Under the pieces are notes generated by a model. The model ran no database searches. It saw only the letters and a program-made list of their open reading frames with translations, and was not told the DNA's origin. Below, piece after piece: positions 15,984 to 23,683 of a DNA stretch of 30,533 nt. The stretch lies in IMG/VR virus record IMGVR_UViG_3300020162_000715, positions 1 to 30,533 of that record. One strand, written 5' to 3'. The position numbers and the translations under genes are program-made. This stretch comes from a virus. Its lineage: Duplodnaviria > Caudoviricetes. Each line of letters opens with the position of its first letter. Position 1 is the stretch's first letter.

Positions 15984-18900
15984 TTACGCCCTCCGAAGCG
16001 CCATCGTGATCGCCGCCCAACTGTCTGCCGTCGCCGACGATCCTGTCGAAGACGCGGCAGGGTCGAGCGCGCCAGACGTCCAAGCGTATGTAGCAATCGA
16101 CGCCTGTCCGTCGACTGTCGCGACGCCGATTGACTGAAGCAAGTTCGTCGAGCTTGCGAAGGTGAAGTTCGCGCCGGTTGCGGCTGCGCCAGCCGTGCCG
16201 ACGACGACAACGGAACCGCGCGTAACCGGCGTGATTGCGGGCGGGTTCGGGCGCGATGTGTTGTTGCCGACCGCAAACGTCGCGGCGACTTCCATCGGCG
16301 TTTCGGGGTTTACCTCCCTGTATACGTGGATCGCATACGCGCCGCCGTTCGCGGCTGCGCCTGTAGCGTTGAGCCTGACGTTTGCATCAGGCGTCGCGGG
16401 CATAAATTTGTAGCCCATGAGAAGCATAGCGTCGTTATTGTCAGAGCCGTTGCGCTGCGCTCCGCTGACAACCGTATAAGCGACCGCACTCGGGTCGGTG
16501 ATCGCAAGCGTTTGCGAACCAGAGACGCCGACGCCATAGACGACGACAACGAAGTCGCCAGCCTGAACGCCAGCGTTCGCGCCGCCCACGCCGCCATTGA
16601 AGCCGCTGCTAAGCGGGACGTCGGTATTCGTCGCCGTCGAAGGCGTGACGGTTCCGGTCTTGCCGCCGACATAAGATATCGTTGATTTGACCGCCCGCGC
16701 GCTGACGGTTGCGTCCGCAAGCGTGACCGCAAGCGCGCCAGTGTTCGCGACCGCGTTGACCGTTCCCGACGCTGATACGGTCGCGTCCGCTGCGGTTATC
16801 GCAAGATCGCCCGCGTTGCGTTGGTATCCATCGGCGGCGACGGTCGGCCCCGCCAACGTTGCAGCGCCCGCCCCTTGGATCGTTGGCGTTCCTGTAGCGG
16901 ACAGGGAGCCGACTGCGACCGTCATCGCGCCCGCGCCTGCGTTGCGCTGATAGCCCTCGCCGACGACCGAAGCCCCGACGAGCGATGGCGCCAGCGTGGC
17001 GACGATGCGCGGCGATCCTGCGCCCGCCACTGTCGCGCCCGCCATCGTTTGCGCGAGCGCGCCCGCGTTGCGCTGATAGCCGTCTGCCGTGATGGTCGAA
17101 GGCGTGAGCGTCGAAGCCGAAGCGCCAGTGACAACCGGCGAGCCCGCCCCGGTTACGGTTGCGCTCGTTAGCGTTGCAGCGCCCGCGCCTGCGTTGCGCT
17201 GATACCCGGCCCCCGCGACGCTATCCCCGGCGAGCGTTACGGCCCCCGCGCCCTGAAGAACGCCCGAAGAGCTTGCGACAAGCGTCGCGCTGTCGAGGGT
17301 GATTGCAAGCGCGCCGATGTTCCGCTGATAGCCCGCGCCCGCGACTGCTGACGCCGTCAGCGTCGCCGCGACTGCGCCCGTCACGATGGGCGAGCCCGCG
17401 CCCGTCATCGTCGAAGGCGTCAGCGAGCTTGCGAGCGCGCCCGCGTTGCGCTGATAGCCCGCCCCGGCCACGGTCGCCCCGACCAGCGTCGACGCGCCCG
17501 CGCCAACGATGCGAGGCGATCCGGCTGCGGCGACGGTTGCGCCCGCTGCGGTGATTGCGAGCGCGCCCGCGTTCCGTTGGTAGCCGTCCGCGATAAGCGT
17601 TCCGCCGACAAGCGTCGCCGACAATTGACCGGGGTTCGTAATGGTTCCGTTCGATTGTGCGATCGCATGGTCAAGCGTGATCGCCCCCGACCCTTGAACG
17701 CTGCTCGAAGAGCTTGCGAATAGCGTCGCGCTGGCGAGCGTGATCGATGCCGCGCCCGCGTTCCGCTGATAGCCCGCGCCAGCGACCGTCGACGTCGCCA
17801 GCGTCGCCGCGCCCGCGCCGACGATCCTTGGCGTTCCTGTAGCGACGACACTCGCCCCGGCAAGCGTGACAGCCGTCGCGCCCACGTTCCGCTGATAGCC
17901 CGCCCCGGCCACGGTCGGCCCGGCGAGGGTTTGCGCCAGCGCGCCCGCCACAACCGGCGAGCCCACCGCCGCGATCGACGCGCTGGCGAGGGTGAAGGCC
18001 CCCGCGCCTGCGTTTCGTTGGTAGCCCGCCCCGGCCACGATCGCGCCCGCGAGGGATGCCGCCCCAGCGCCGACGATCCTTGGCGATCCAGAGCCCGTCA
18101 GGGAGCTTGCGACGAGCGAGGCAGTCAGCGCCCCGGCGTTCCGCTGATACCCATCAGCGGCCACGCCTGCCCCGGCGAGGGTGATCGCGGCGCTTGCCAA
18201 GGCGGAGCCCGCCGCGCCCCCGGATACAGTCGCCCCGGCGAGGGTGATCGCCAGAGCGCCCGCGTTGCGCTGATATCCGTCGCCGACCGAAGCCGCCCCG
18301 GCCAAGATAGGCGCAGAAACGCCTAGGATCGTCGGGGATGCGGTTCCGGCCAGAGTTGCGCCACTGAGCGCCAAAGTCGCCGCGCCCCCTATGACGGGGC
18401 TCCCTAGGCTCGCCAGCGACGCCCCGGCCAAGGCGACAACCGAATCGCCTTCGATTTTCGGCGATCCTGCCCCGGCCAGCGACGCCCCGGCCAGCGTGAC
18501 AGCGCCAGTCGAAAGGATCGTCGCCCGCCCGATCGCGGTAAGGGTCGCGCCGCCCAGCGTGACCGCTAGCGAGCCCGTTCGACCGATTGTCGGGATCGCG
18601 CCCGGCGTCGCCCGCCCGTCGAAGGTCGCGCCAGCCGTATCGCTCATCACTTCGACGAACGTCCACGCCTTGCCATCGATAACGAGAATGTCGCCCCCTT
18701 CCGGCGCTCTTCCGGGGATCGTCACGGCGAGGATCATCGCGCGCCGATCCTTCGCGGGGATATCGTCAACGCCGCGTTGGAAATCCGTATAATCGACGAT
18801 CAACGCCTTGCAGGAAATTTCCGCGTAGGTTGCGACCGTGCCGCCCCGGCCATCCGCGACGCGCTCCGTCGCGCTGTAAAAGATCGCGTCTTCGAAAAGC

Positions 18901-19343
18901 GTCGCCCCCATCGCGCCACCGATCGTCGCCGGAACGCCATCGAGCAAGCTTGAAACGTTCGGCGCTGTCGTGTCGCCTGATGGCATCGGCGCGCGTGTCG
19001 CGCGCGCTTCGTATTGCGCATTCGCCGGATCGGATCGAACGGACAGGATTGCCCACGCCTTGCCGTCGAGAACCAGCACGTCGCCCGCTTCCGGTTTTTG
19101 CGTGACGGTCGCGGCGAGAATAAGCGCGTTTCGTTCGGATGACGGAAGCCCGCCGTCCGCACGCTGACGATCGGTGAATTCGACGACAAGCGCGCGGCAA
19201 GGGAGGCGGATTGCGCCGCCACCTGTCCAGCCGCCGCGACCGTCAGACGATCGCGGCGCTTTCGCGTGAAGCGTCGCCGAACGGAAGAGGCTTTGCCCCA
19301 TCGCGTCGGCGATCAACTTCGGAAGAGCGCCTAACAGGGACAG
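15984..19343 (-). CDS. tandem head-closure (stopper)-like domains fused to a long Ala/Gly/Thr repeat region and a C-terminal beta domain
   Basis: Two ~120-aa homologous N-terminal copies (DGRGG...C.AL.V...D.QR...P...R.A.ILA.T....PE.GD.LV.DGKAW....V.SD.A.A....RAT); occupies the head-closure slot in the gene order. Start uncertain: CTG 19343 after GGAAGGGG, TTG 19316 or ATG 19301. Confidence 0.75.
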   Translation of the reverse strand: MSLLGALPKLIADAMGQSLFRSATLHAKAPRSSDGRGGWTGGGAIRLPCRALVVEFTDRQRADGGLPSSERNALILAATVTQKPEAGDVLVLDGKAWAILSVRSDPANAQYEARATRAPMPSGDTTAPNVSSLLDGVPATIGGAMGATLFEDAIFYSATERVADGRGGTVATYAEISCKALIVDYTDFQRGVDDIPAKDRRAMILAVTIPGRAPEGGDILVIDGKAWTFVEVMSDTAGATFDGRATPGAIPTIGRTGSLAVTLGGATLTAIGRATILSTGAVTLAGASLAGAGSPKIEGDSVVALAGASLASLGSPVIGGAATLALSGATLAGTASPTILGVSAPILAGAASVGDGYQRNAGALAITLAGATVSGGAAGSALASAAITLAGAGVAADGYQRNAGALTASLVASSLTGSGSPRIVGAGAASLAGAIVAGAGYQRNAGAGAFTLASASIAAVGSPVVAGALAQTLAGPTVAGAGYQRNVGATAVTLAGASVVATGTPRIVGAGAATLATSTVAGAGYQRNAGAASITLASATLFASSSSSVQGSGAITLDHAIAQSNGTITNPGQLSATLVGGTLIADGYQRNAGALAITAAGATVAAAGSPRIVGAGASTLVGATVAGAGYQRNAGALASSLTPSTMTGAGSPIVTGAVAATLTASAVAGAGYQRNIGALAITLDSATLVASSSGVLQGAGAVTLAGDSVAGAGYQRNAGAGAATLTSATVTGAGSPVVTGASASTLTPSTITADGYQRNAGALAQTMAGATVAGAGSPRIVATLAPSLVGASVVGEGYQRNAGAGAMTVAVGSLSATGTPTIQGAGAATLAGPTVAADGYQRNAGDLAITAADATVSASGTVNAVANTGALAVTLADATVSARAVKSTISYVGGKTGTVTPSTATNTDVPLSSGFNGGVGGANAGVQAGDFVVVVYGVGVSGSQTLAITDPSAVAYTVVSGAQRNGSDNNDAMLLMGYKFMPATPDANVRLNATGAAANGGAYAIHVYREVNPETPMEVAATFAVGNNTSRPNPPAITPVTRGSVVVVGTAGAAATGANFTFASSTNLLQSIGVATVDGQASIATYAWTSGALDPAASSTGSSATADSWAAITMALRRA
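16690..18590 (-). repeat. about 30 coding repeats of 21 aa, in a 42-aa super-period alternating GYQRN and GSP.I
   Basis: Twelve GYQRN copies, mostly 42 aa apart; consensus G.LA.TLAGATVAG.G. Boundaries approximate. Confidence 0.9.
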
Positions 19344-19370
19344 CGTCGGCCCCTTCCATCATTGGGAGGG

Positions 19371-19778
19371 TTAGCCGTTGCCTTCGGTGATCGTGAACGT
19401 CGTAACGGTGACGGGTTGGTTGATGACGATCGTCGTCGTCGTCAATTGCAGGTCGCCGCCGCCGCCCGTCGCCGTCACGGTTCCTTGCGCGTGAACCGTC
19501 GTGCCGTTCGAAGCGTAGATCGTAAAATAACCTGCGGTGATCGACGCATCCGCGAGCGTGTCTTCCCATGTTCCGACTTTGGCTTTCGTCCCGCCCGACG
19601 CTGCGGCCAGATAGTCAGACGGAAGGTTCATCGTCACGCCGACAGTTCCGGTTCGCAAGGTTGCGCAGTTGGCGGGAACCGTGCCCGAACGGATTTCGAG
19701 GATCGCGCTAACGCCGATCGCGGTTTCGATCGCATCGAGGCGAGCGTTGCGAACAGCATCGGAAAACTGCAAGGCCAT
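19371..19778 (-). CDS. small beta-rich virion structural protein, 135 aa
   Basis: MALQFSDAVRNARLDAI...LEIRSGT.PA...GTV...GGGGDLQL..TTI...QPVTVTTFTITEGN is a pattern common in phage structural modules; SD GGAGA and its own upstream motif. Confidence 0.75.
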   Translation of the reverse strand: MALQFSDAVRNARLDAIETAIGVSAILEIRSGTVPANCATLRTGTVGVTMNLPSDYLAAASGGTKAKVGTWEDTLADASITAGYFTIYASNGTTVHAQGTVTATGGGGDLQLTTTTIVINQPVTVTTFTITEGNG

Positions 19779-19809
19779 GTGATCTTCTCCGCAAGGGTTT
19801 CAGGTTGCT

Positions 19810-19823
19810 TAAGCTGTTTCGCG
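19810..19823 (-). promoter_or_regulatory. conserved late-gene motif CGCGAAACAGCTTA
   Basis: Intergenic, about 44 nt upstream of ATG 19778. Confidence 0.55.
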
Positions 19824-19830
19824 GGAAGGT

Positions 19831-20139
19831 CTATGCCGCCCCGTTCCAATGCTCTTTGTGGATTGTCCCGCATGACGCGCACATCAGCGCGTCGATCATC
19901 ACGACGAAGGCTTGATCGGAACACGTCGCGCACGACTGACGGACGACGCCGTCTTCGGGAACGACAGGCCCATCGCGAACCGCGCTCATGCGTCCGCATT
20001 TCGCACATTCGAAATGCTTCCGCCCGCAAGGGACCGTGACGTCGTGTTCGCGGTGTCCGCAAAGCTCGCAAATCAGCGTCCCCCGTGTCTGCCGATCATC
20101 GATCGGGCGGGGCGCGAATTGCAGAACGTTGTTTTTCAT
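19831..20139 (-). CDS. double zinc-ribbon protein, 102 aa
   Basis: Four CxxC pairs (CELC, CAKC, CATC, CASC); ATGA overlap with the upstream gene. Confidence 0.7.
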   Translation of the reverse strand: MKNNVLQFAPRPIDDRQTRGTLICELCGHREHDVTVPCGRKHFECAKCGRMSAVRDGPVVPEDGVVRQSCATCSDQAFVVMIDALMCASCGTIHKEHWNGAA

Positions 20140-20648
20140 CTAGACGATCCTGCGTTGATCGTCTTCGCGCCAAGGAAGGAAGCGGCGAGCCTTTCGACAA
20201 GGTAAAAGCGATCGGCGGCGTCGCGCTCGATCGCGGCTTTCATGCCGCCATCGTATTCGATTTCGACTGAACCTGCCTTTAGCTTTTTGATGCTCGCGCC
20301 CGATGGCGATTGCACGGGAGCGCCGACGCCAGCGAGCGGCCCGGCGAATGCCAGCTTCGCGAGTTCGGCAACGGCCTGCAGTAGCTTCGGCGGAAGATCG
20401 GCGGCGTCACGCGGGAAGACGAGGGATTGCGTGGGCTCGGTTGGGAGCCCGCGCGCGCGCGTCCCCCACTCGATATCGAAAAACTGCGTCGCCTTCCGAA
20501 TGCATGTCGTGACAATATCGTTGCTTTCGGAAGCGAAGACAGCGTCGCCGCGATCGTGGAAATAGGTTCGGACAAACGCGACGCTGCAATAAGCGTCGGC
20601 GTTTGCTAGGCCCGTTCCATCTTCGACGATTAGCGCGGGGATCGACAT
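20136..20648 (-). CDS. head-tail adaptor (DnaT-like phage family)
   Basis: LIVEDGTGLANADAYCSV, QSLVFPR, A.AELA and KKLKAGSVEIEY motifs. Confidence 0.85.
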   Translation of the reverse strand: MSIPALIVEDGTGLANADAYCSVAFVRTYFHDRGDAVFASESNDIVTTCIRKATQFFDIEWGTRARGLPTEPTQSLVFPRDAADLPPKLLQAVAELAKLAFAGPLAGVGAPVQSPSGASIKKLKAGSVEIEYDGGMKAAIERDAADRFYLVERLAASFLGAKTINAGSSR

Positions 20649-20651
20649 CGT

Positions 20652-21347
20652 TTATTCAGGGTCGGCAATGTTGGCGATAATTTCTTGACGCTCTTTTAGC
20701 TTCTCCGCGACGAAGGCTTCGACCGCGCCCTTCGAGCGCGCCGAAGAGCCCAGCGACTTCGCAAGCTTCGACATGTCTTGCCAGTTCAGCGACGTTGCGT
20801 CGTCGGGAATATACGCCTCGACGCGCATCAGCCCGTCCGCGCTCATGAAGAGCTTATCGCCGATCGCGAATTTCACGATCGACTGATCCGGGTTCTGATA
20901 GGCCCCGGCTTCCTCGGCGAGAAAGAATTCCTCGCCCTCGAATGCTGGCGCGGCTGGCGCGGCTGACGCGAAGCCAAGCAACGCGGCGAGGTCGGCGGTT
21001 GACGCGTCGGGGTTGCGCTTGACGAACAGCGCCCCGGCTTCGCCGATGATCGTTTTCAGTTCTTCGACCGTGGAGGCTTGGAGCCCGGCAAGAGCGACAG
21101 CAATCGCGCCAAAAGATGCAGCGGCTTCGGCTGCGTCGCGCGGCTCTTTATTTGATGCTGTCGCTTTCGGCTTAGGGGCTTTGACCAGAGCGGACAGGGT
21201 TGAAGTCTCGGCGACCATGAATTCGACGACGTCGACGAATTCGGCTTCGACCGCCGCGCGCTGCTCTTTCGTTTGAGCGGATGCCGATCGGTTCAGATAG
21301 TGAAGCTTCCGCTCTTCCATCAGCAAGCTTGCGTCTTGATCGTTCAT
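20652..21347 (-). CDS. hypothetical capsid-adjacent protein with a C-terminal HeH/Rho-N-like motif
   Basis: ATG 21347 after GAAAGGGACAGGG; the C-terminal LNWQDMSKLAKSLG..ARSKGAVEAFV resembles helix-extension-helix motifs. Confidence 0.65.
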   Translation of the reverse strand: MNDQDASLLMEERKLHYLNRSASAQTKEQRAAVEAEFVDVVEFMVAETSTLSALVKAPKPKATASNKEPRDAAEAAASFGAIAVALAGLQASTVEELKTIIGEAGALFVKRNPDASTADLAALLGFASAAPAAPAFEGEEFFLAEEAGAYQNPDQSIVKFAIGDKLFMSADGLMRVEAYIPDDATSLNWQDMSKLAKSLGSSARSKGAVEAFVAEKLKERQEIIANIADPE

Positions 21348-21360
21348 CCCTGTCCCTTTC

Positions 21361-21399
21361 AAAATAACGACCCGGCGAGCATGGGCGCTCGCCGGGTCG
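21361..21399 (-). terminator. intrinsic terminator after the major capsid gene
   Basis: Perfect 13-bp stem CGACCCGGCGAGC/GCTCGCCGGGTCG with a 6-nt loop, followed by TTATTTT on the minus strand. Confidence 0.8.
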
Positions 21400-21413
21400 A
21401 CCGTCGCGGGTGA

Positions 21414-22457
21414 TTAGTCGAGGCGCGACTTAACGAACGCCATCTTGATGTTTTTCCGCTGATACACGCGGTTCCAGTTCGACGCCGTCGCGAGTTCCGC
21501 GCGGGTCGCCGACAGACCAGCGACAGACGCTTCCGTCCACTCGAAGCCCATCGGATGCACGATCGGGTGCCGACGCTCGACAAGCTCTTCGATGCCGCCG
21601 CCGTTGCCGCCCTTGGCGGCGCGTTCGACTTCGGTCGGCGTCTTCGGCGTTCCGGTGCCAAGCTGGAAACAGCCCGCGCCGAACACGATCGAAACATAAA
21701 CGTTTTTGTTCGCAGCGCCCGCGCCGTCGTTGATGCTCTCGACAAGTACCGGCATGCCGTCGTCGACGATCACGCGCTTGCCTTGGAACGTTTGAAACAG
21801 AAGTTGTCCCGTCTGCATGTCGTGCTGATCTTTCAGCGCGCCGCGCTTCTGAAGCTTGGCATGCGCCGCCGAATGCATGGCGATGGCGACGAGGTCTTGC
21901 TTGTGATCGCCCATCGTCTGCGCCGCGTCGATCAACGTGTTATCGTTGAGGTCGCGGGCGTTGCCAGCCGTGACCGCCGCATCGTTGTTCGTGGCGATGT
22001 TGACGATCATGTCGCCGCTATCGTTGGCGATGTTATCGGCAAGCACGCCAAGCGCCGTCGACAGCATCATTTTCTGCGACCACGTCGCCCAATACTGCGC
22101 AGTCTGATCGGCGATCGCCGTCAGCGGATCGCGAGCGATCATCGCAGTCGTCAGGTCGGCGCTGCCCCAAATCTGGTTATACATGTGGAGCCGGGCTTTC
22201 TGCTTGCCCGTGGTGATCTTCTTCGCGACGCCGATCGTCGCATCGTTGTCGGTCGAAATGTTGGCTTCGTCGTTCGCCAGTTGTTTGAAGAACGGCAGAA
22301 GGTACACGCCGCCTTGACCAGCGGCGAGCGCGTCAAGGTTCGGGTTCTGTTGAGCGATGCCCGACGCGATGAACGCGTTAAGCTCGATCGCTTTTTCCAT
22401 CGCGTATTCGGTATATTCAGCGCCGTAAACCAGATCGGCAAGAGCGGTAATAGCCAT
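21414..22457 (-). CDS. major capsid protein (HK97 fold), 347 aa
   Basis: Follows the scaffold; LPFFKQL, KITTGKQ, IAMHS..HAKL, G.RVIVDDGMP and HPMGF.W...T.AELATASNW.RVY..KNI motifs. Confidence 0.92.
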   Translation of the reverse strand: MAITALADLVYGAEYTEYAMEKAIELNAFIASGIAQQNPNLDALAAGQGGVYLLPFFKQLANDEANISTDNDATIGVAKKITTGKQKARLHMYNQIWGSADLTTAMIARDPLTAIADQTAQYWATWSQKMMLSTALGVLADNIANDSGDMIVNIATNNDAAVTAGNARDLNDNTLIDAAQTMGDHKQDLVAIAMHSAAHAKLQKRGALKDQHDMQTGQLLFQTFQGKRVIVDDGMPVLVESINDGAGAANKNVYVSIVFGAGCFQLGTGTPKTPTEVERAAKGGNGGGIEELVERRHPIVHPMGFEWTEASVAGLSATRAELATASNWNRVYQRKNIKMAFVKSRLD

Positions 22458-22590
22458 GTGCTTCGAAGCTCCAAAAGCGTTTCAAACGAAAGCGCCCTAA
22501 CCGGGGCGTGACGGGTGATCGCTAGGGCTCCCCTTGCGCTCGAAAGTCTTCGGGCGGCGAGCTTCCCGCCGCCCTTGTGCTTCCCGCTCT

Positions 22591-22604
22591 TAAGGTGTTT
22601 CGCC
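22591..22604 (-). promoter_or_regulatory. conserved late-gene motif GGCGAAACACCTTA inside a 10-bp inverted repeat
   Basis: Intergenic between scaffold and capsid genes; flanked by CCCGCTCTTA (22583-22592) and TAAGAGCGGG (22611-22620). Confidence 0.65.
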
Positions 22605-22630
22605 TTAATGTAAGAGCGGGGTTATTCGGA

Positions 22631-23446
22631 CTAGACCGCGCGTTCCGCCGCCGCTTTGAGTTGAGCGGCGAGCGCGGGATTTTTCTGCCGCAATGCGGCT
22701 TGCTCGGTGAGGCTGTAGCTAGGCGAGCCCTTGATATACGGGTTCTTCCCTGCCGGTGATGTGCGGGTCTTCGAGCCGCCCGAACCAGAGCCGCCGCCCT
22801 CTGCCTCGAAGACAGCGCCGAAGCGTTCGTCGGCCTTGATCGTCTCGACCAACGTCGTCACGGTCGCGACTTGCCCGCCTGCCGCCTGCATTTCGTCGCC
22901 GTTGGGCGCAAGCACGGTGAGCGAGACTTTTCCATCCTCGCCGATTTCGCCCTTCACGCGCCCGCGAAGCATCGGCAAGAGAAGATCGACGTTGCCTTTC
23001 TGCGTCGCGAGTTCGCCCGTCAGCGATCGCTCGATCGTCTCATCGATCCGCGCTTTGTTCGCGGCCTGCAACGCGGCGTCGGCGTCGGCTGCTTTCTTTT
23101 CGGCTGCGGATATCTTGCGCTGCAATTTGGTTTCGGCTGCGGCGACCGCGTCGGCGATTTGCTTCGCGACGTCGGGGTTCTTCGGGTCGATCGAAGGTTT
23201 CTGTTTCAGGCGATCGACGACGTCGGCCATATCAAGGTCAAGCTCTTCGATCGCCGTCGCGAGTTCGTCGACGTCCAGATCGCCAAGCTTGGCGACTTGC
23301 TCTTTGAGTTTTTTGTTATCGTTGAAGAGTTGATCGCGGTTCTTTTTGAGCCCCGACGTTTGGGCTTCGACGTAATTTCCAATCGCCTGCTCGATTTCCG
23401 CCGAAGACGTCAGGCCAAGGGCGGCGAGCAATTGCGCTAGTGTCAT
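22631..23446 (-). CDS. capsid scaffolding protein
   Basis: GLKKNRDQL coiled coil, F...GGGSGSGG linker and KNPY....SLTEQA.L..KNP.LA tail; directly upstream of the capsid gene. Confidence 0.85.
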   Translation of the reverse strand: MTLAQLLAALGLTSSAEIEQAIGNYVEAQTSGLKKNRDQLFNDNKKLKEQVAKLGDLDVDELATAIEELDLDMADVVDRLKQKPSIDPKNPDVAKQIADAVAAAETKLQRKISAAEKKAADADAALQAANKARIDETIERSLTGELATQKGNVDLLLPMLRGRVKGEIGEDGKVSLTVLAPNGDEMQAAGGQVATVTTLVETIKADERFGAVFEAEGGGSGSGGSKTRTSPAGKNPYIKGSPSYSLTEQAALRQKNPALAAQLKAAAERAV

Positions 23447-23494
23447 TTGGGCTTCCCATCTGATTGGCCCGGCTTCCGGGCGATCAAAGGGTTC

Positions 23495-23508
23495 GAAAGT
23501 GTTTCGCG
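23495..23508 (-). promoter_or_regulatory. conserved late-gene motif CGCGAAACACTTTC
   Basis: Intergenic, about 61 nt upstream of the scaffold ATG. Confidence 0.5.
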
Positions 23509-23515
23509 CTTTTCG

Positions 23516-23683
23516 TCAAACGCCTTCGTCGTCAAGCCTCTTTAGCGCCTCGTCGATCGTCTCGAATTGTTCAGGCGTCACGGCGTCCAGTTCGTCGACC
23601 ATCGCGCCCGACATGTCGACAAGCTCGCCCTCCGGGCGCTCGCCCTCATAGTCGAGAACGTATTTGATCGGCGGCGTCGCCAT
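23516..23683 (-). CDS. 55-aa highly acidic protein (not in the ORF track); candidate immunity or inhibitor of the MuF C-terminal domain
   Basis: TAATG overlap with the MuF stop, SD AAGGA upstream; MATPPIKYVLDYEGERPEGELVDMSGAMVDELDAVTPEQFETIDEALKRLDDEGV has 16 D/E and 4 K/R. Confidence 0.7.
   Translation of the reverse strand: MATPPIKYVLDYEGERPEGELVDMSGAMVDELDAVTPEQFETIDEALKRLDDEGV

Noticed and set aside
15982-16083. N-terminal extension of the gp10-like ORF
   Set aside because: It overlaps the upstream gene; GGAGG before ATG 15981 is the better start.
22458-22630. tRNA or known riboswitch in the capsid leader
   Set aside because: No cloverleaf, T-loop or riboswitch consensus that I can recognise; kept only as an unassigned structured leader.
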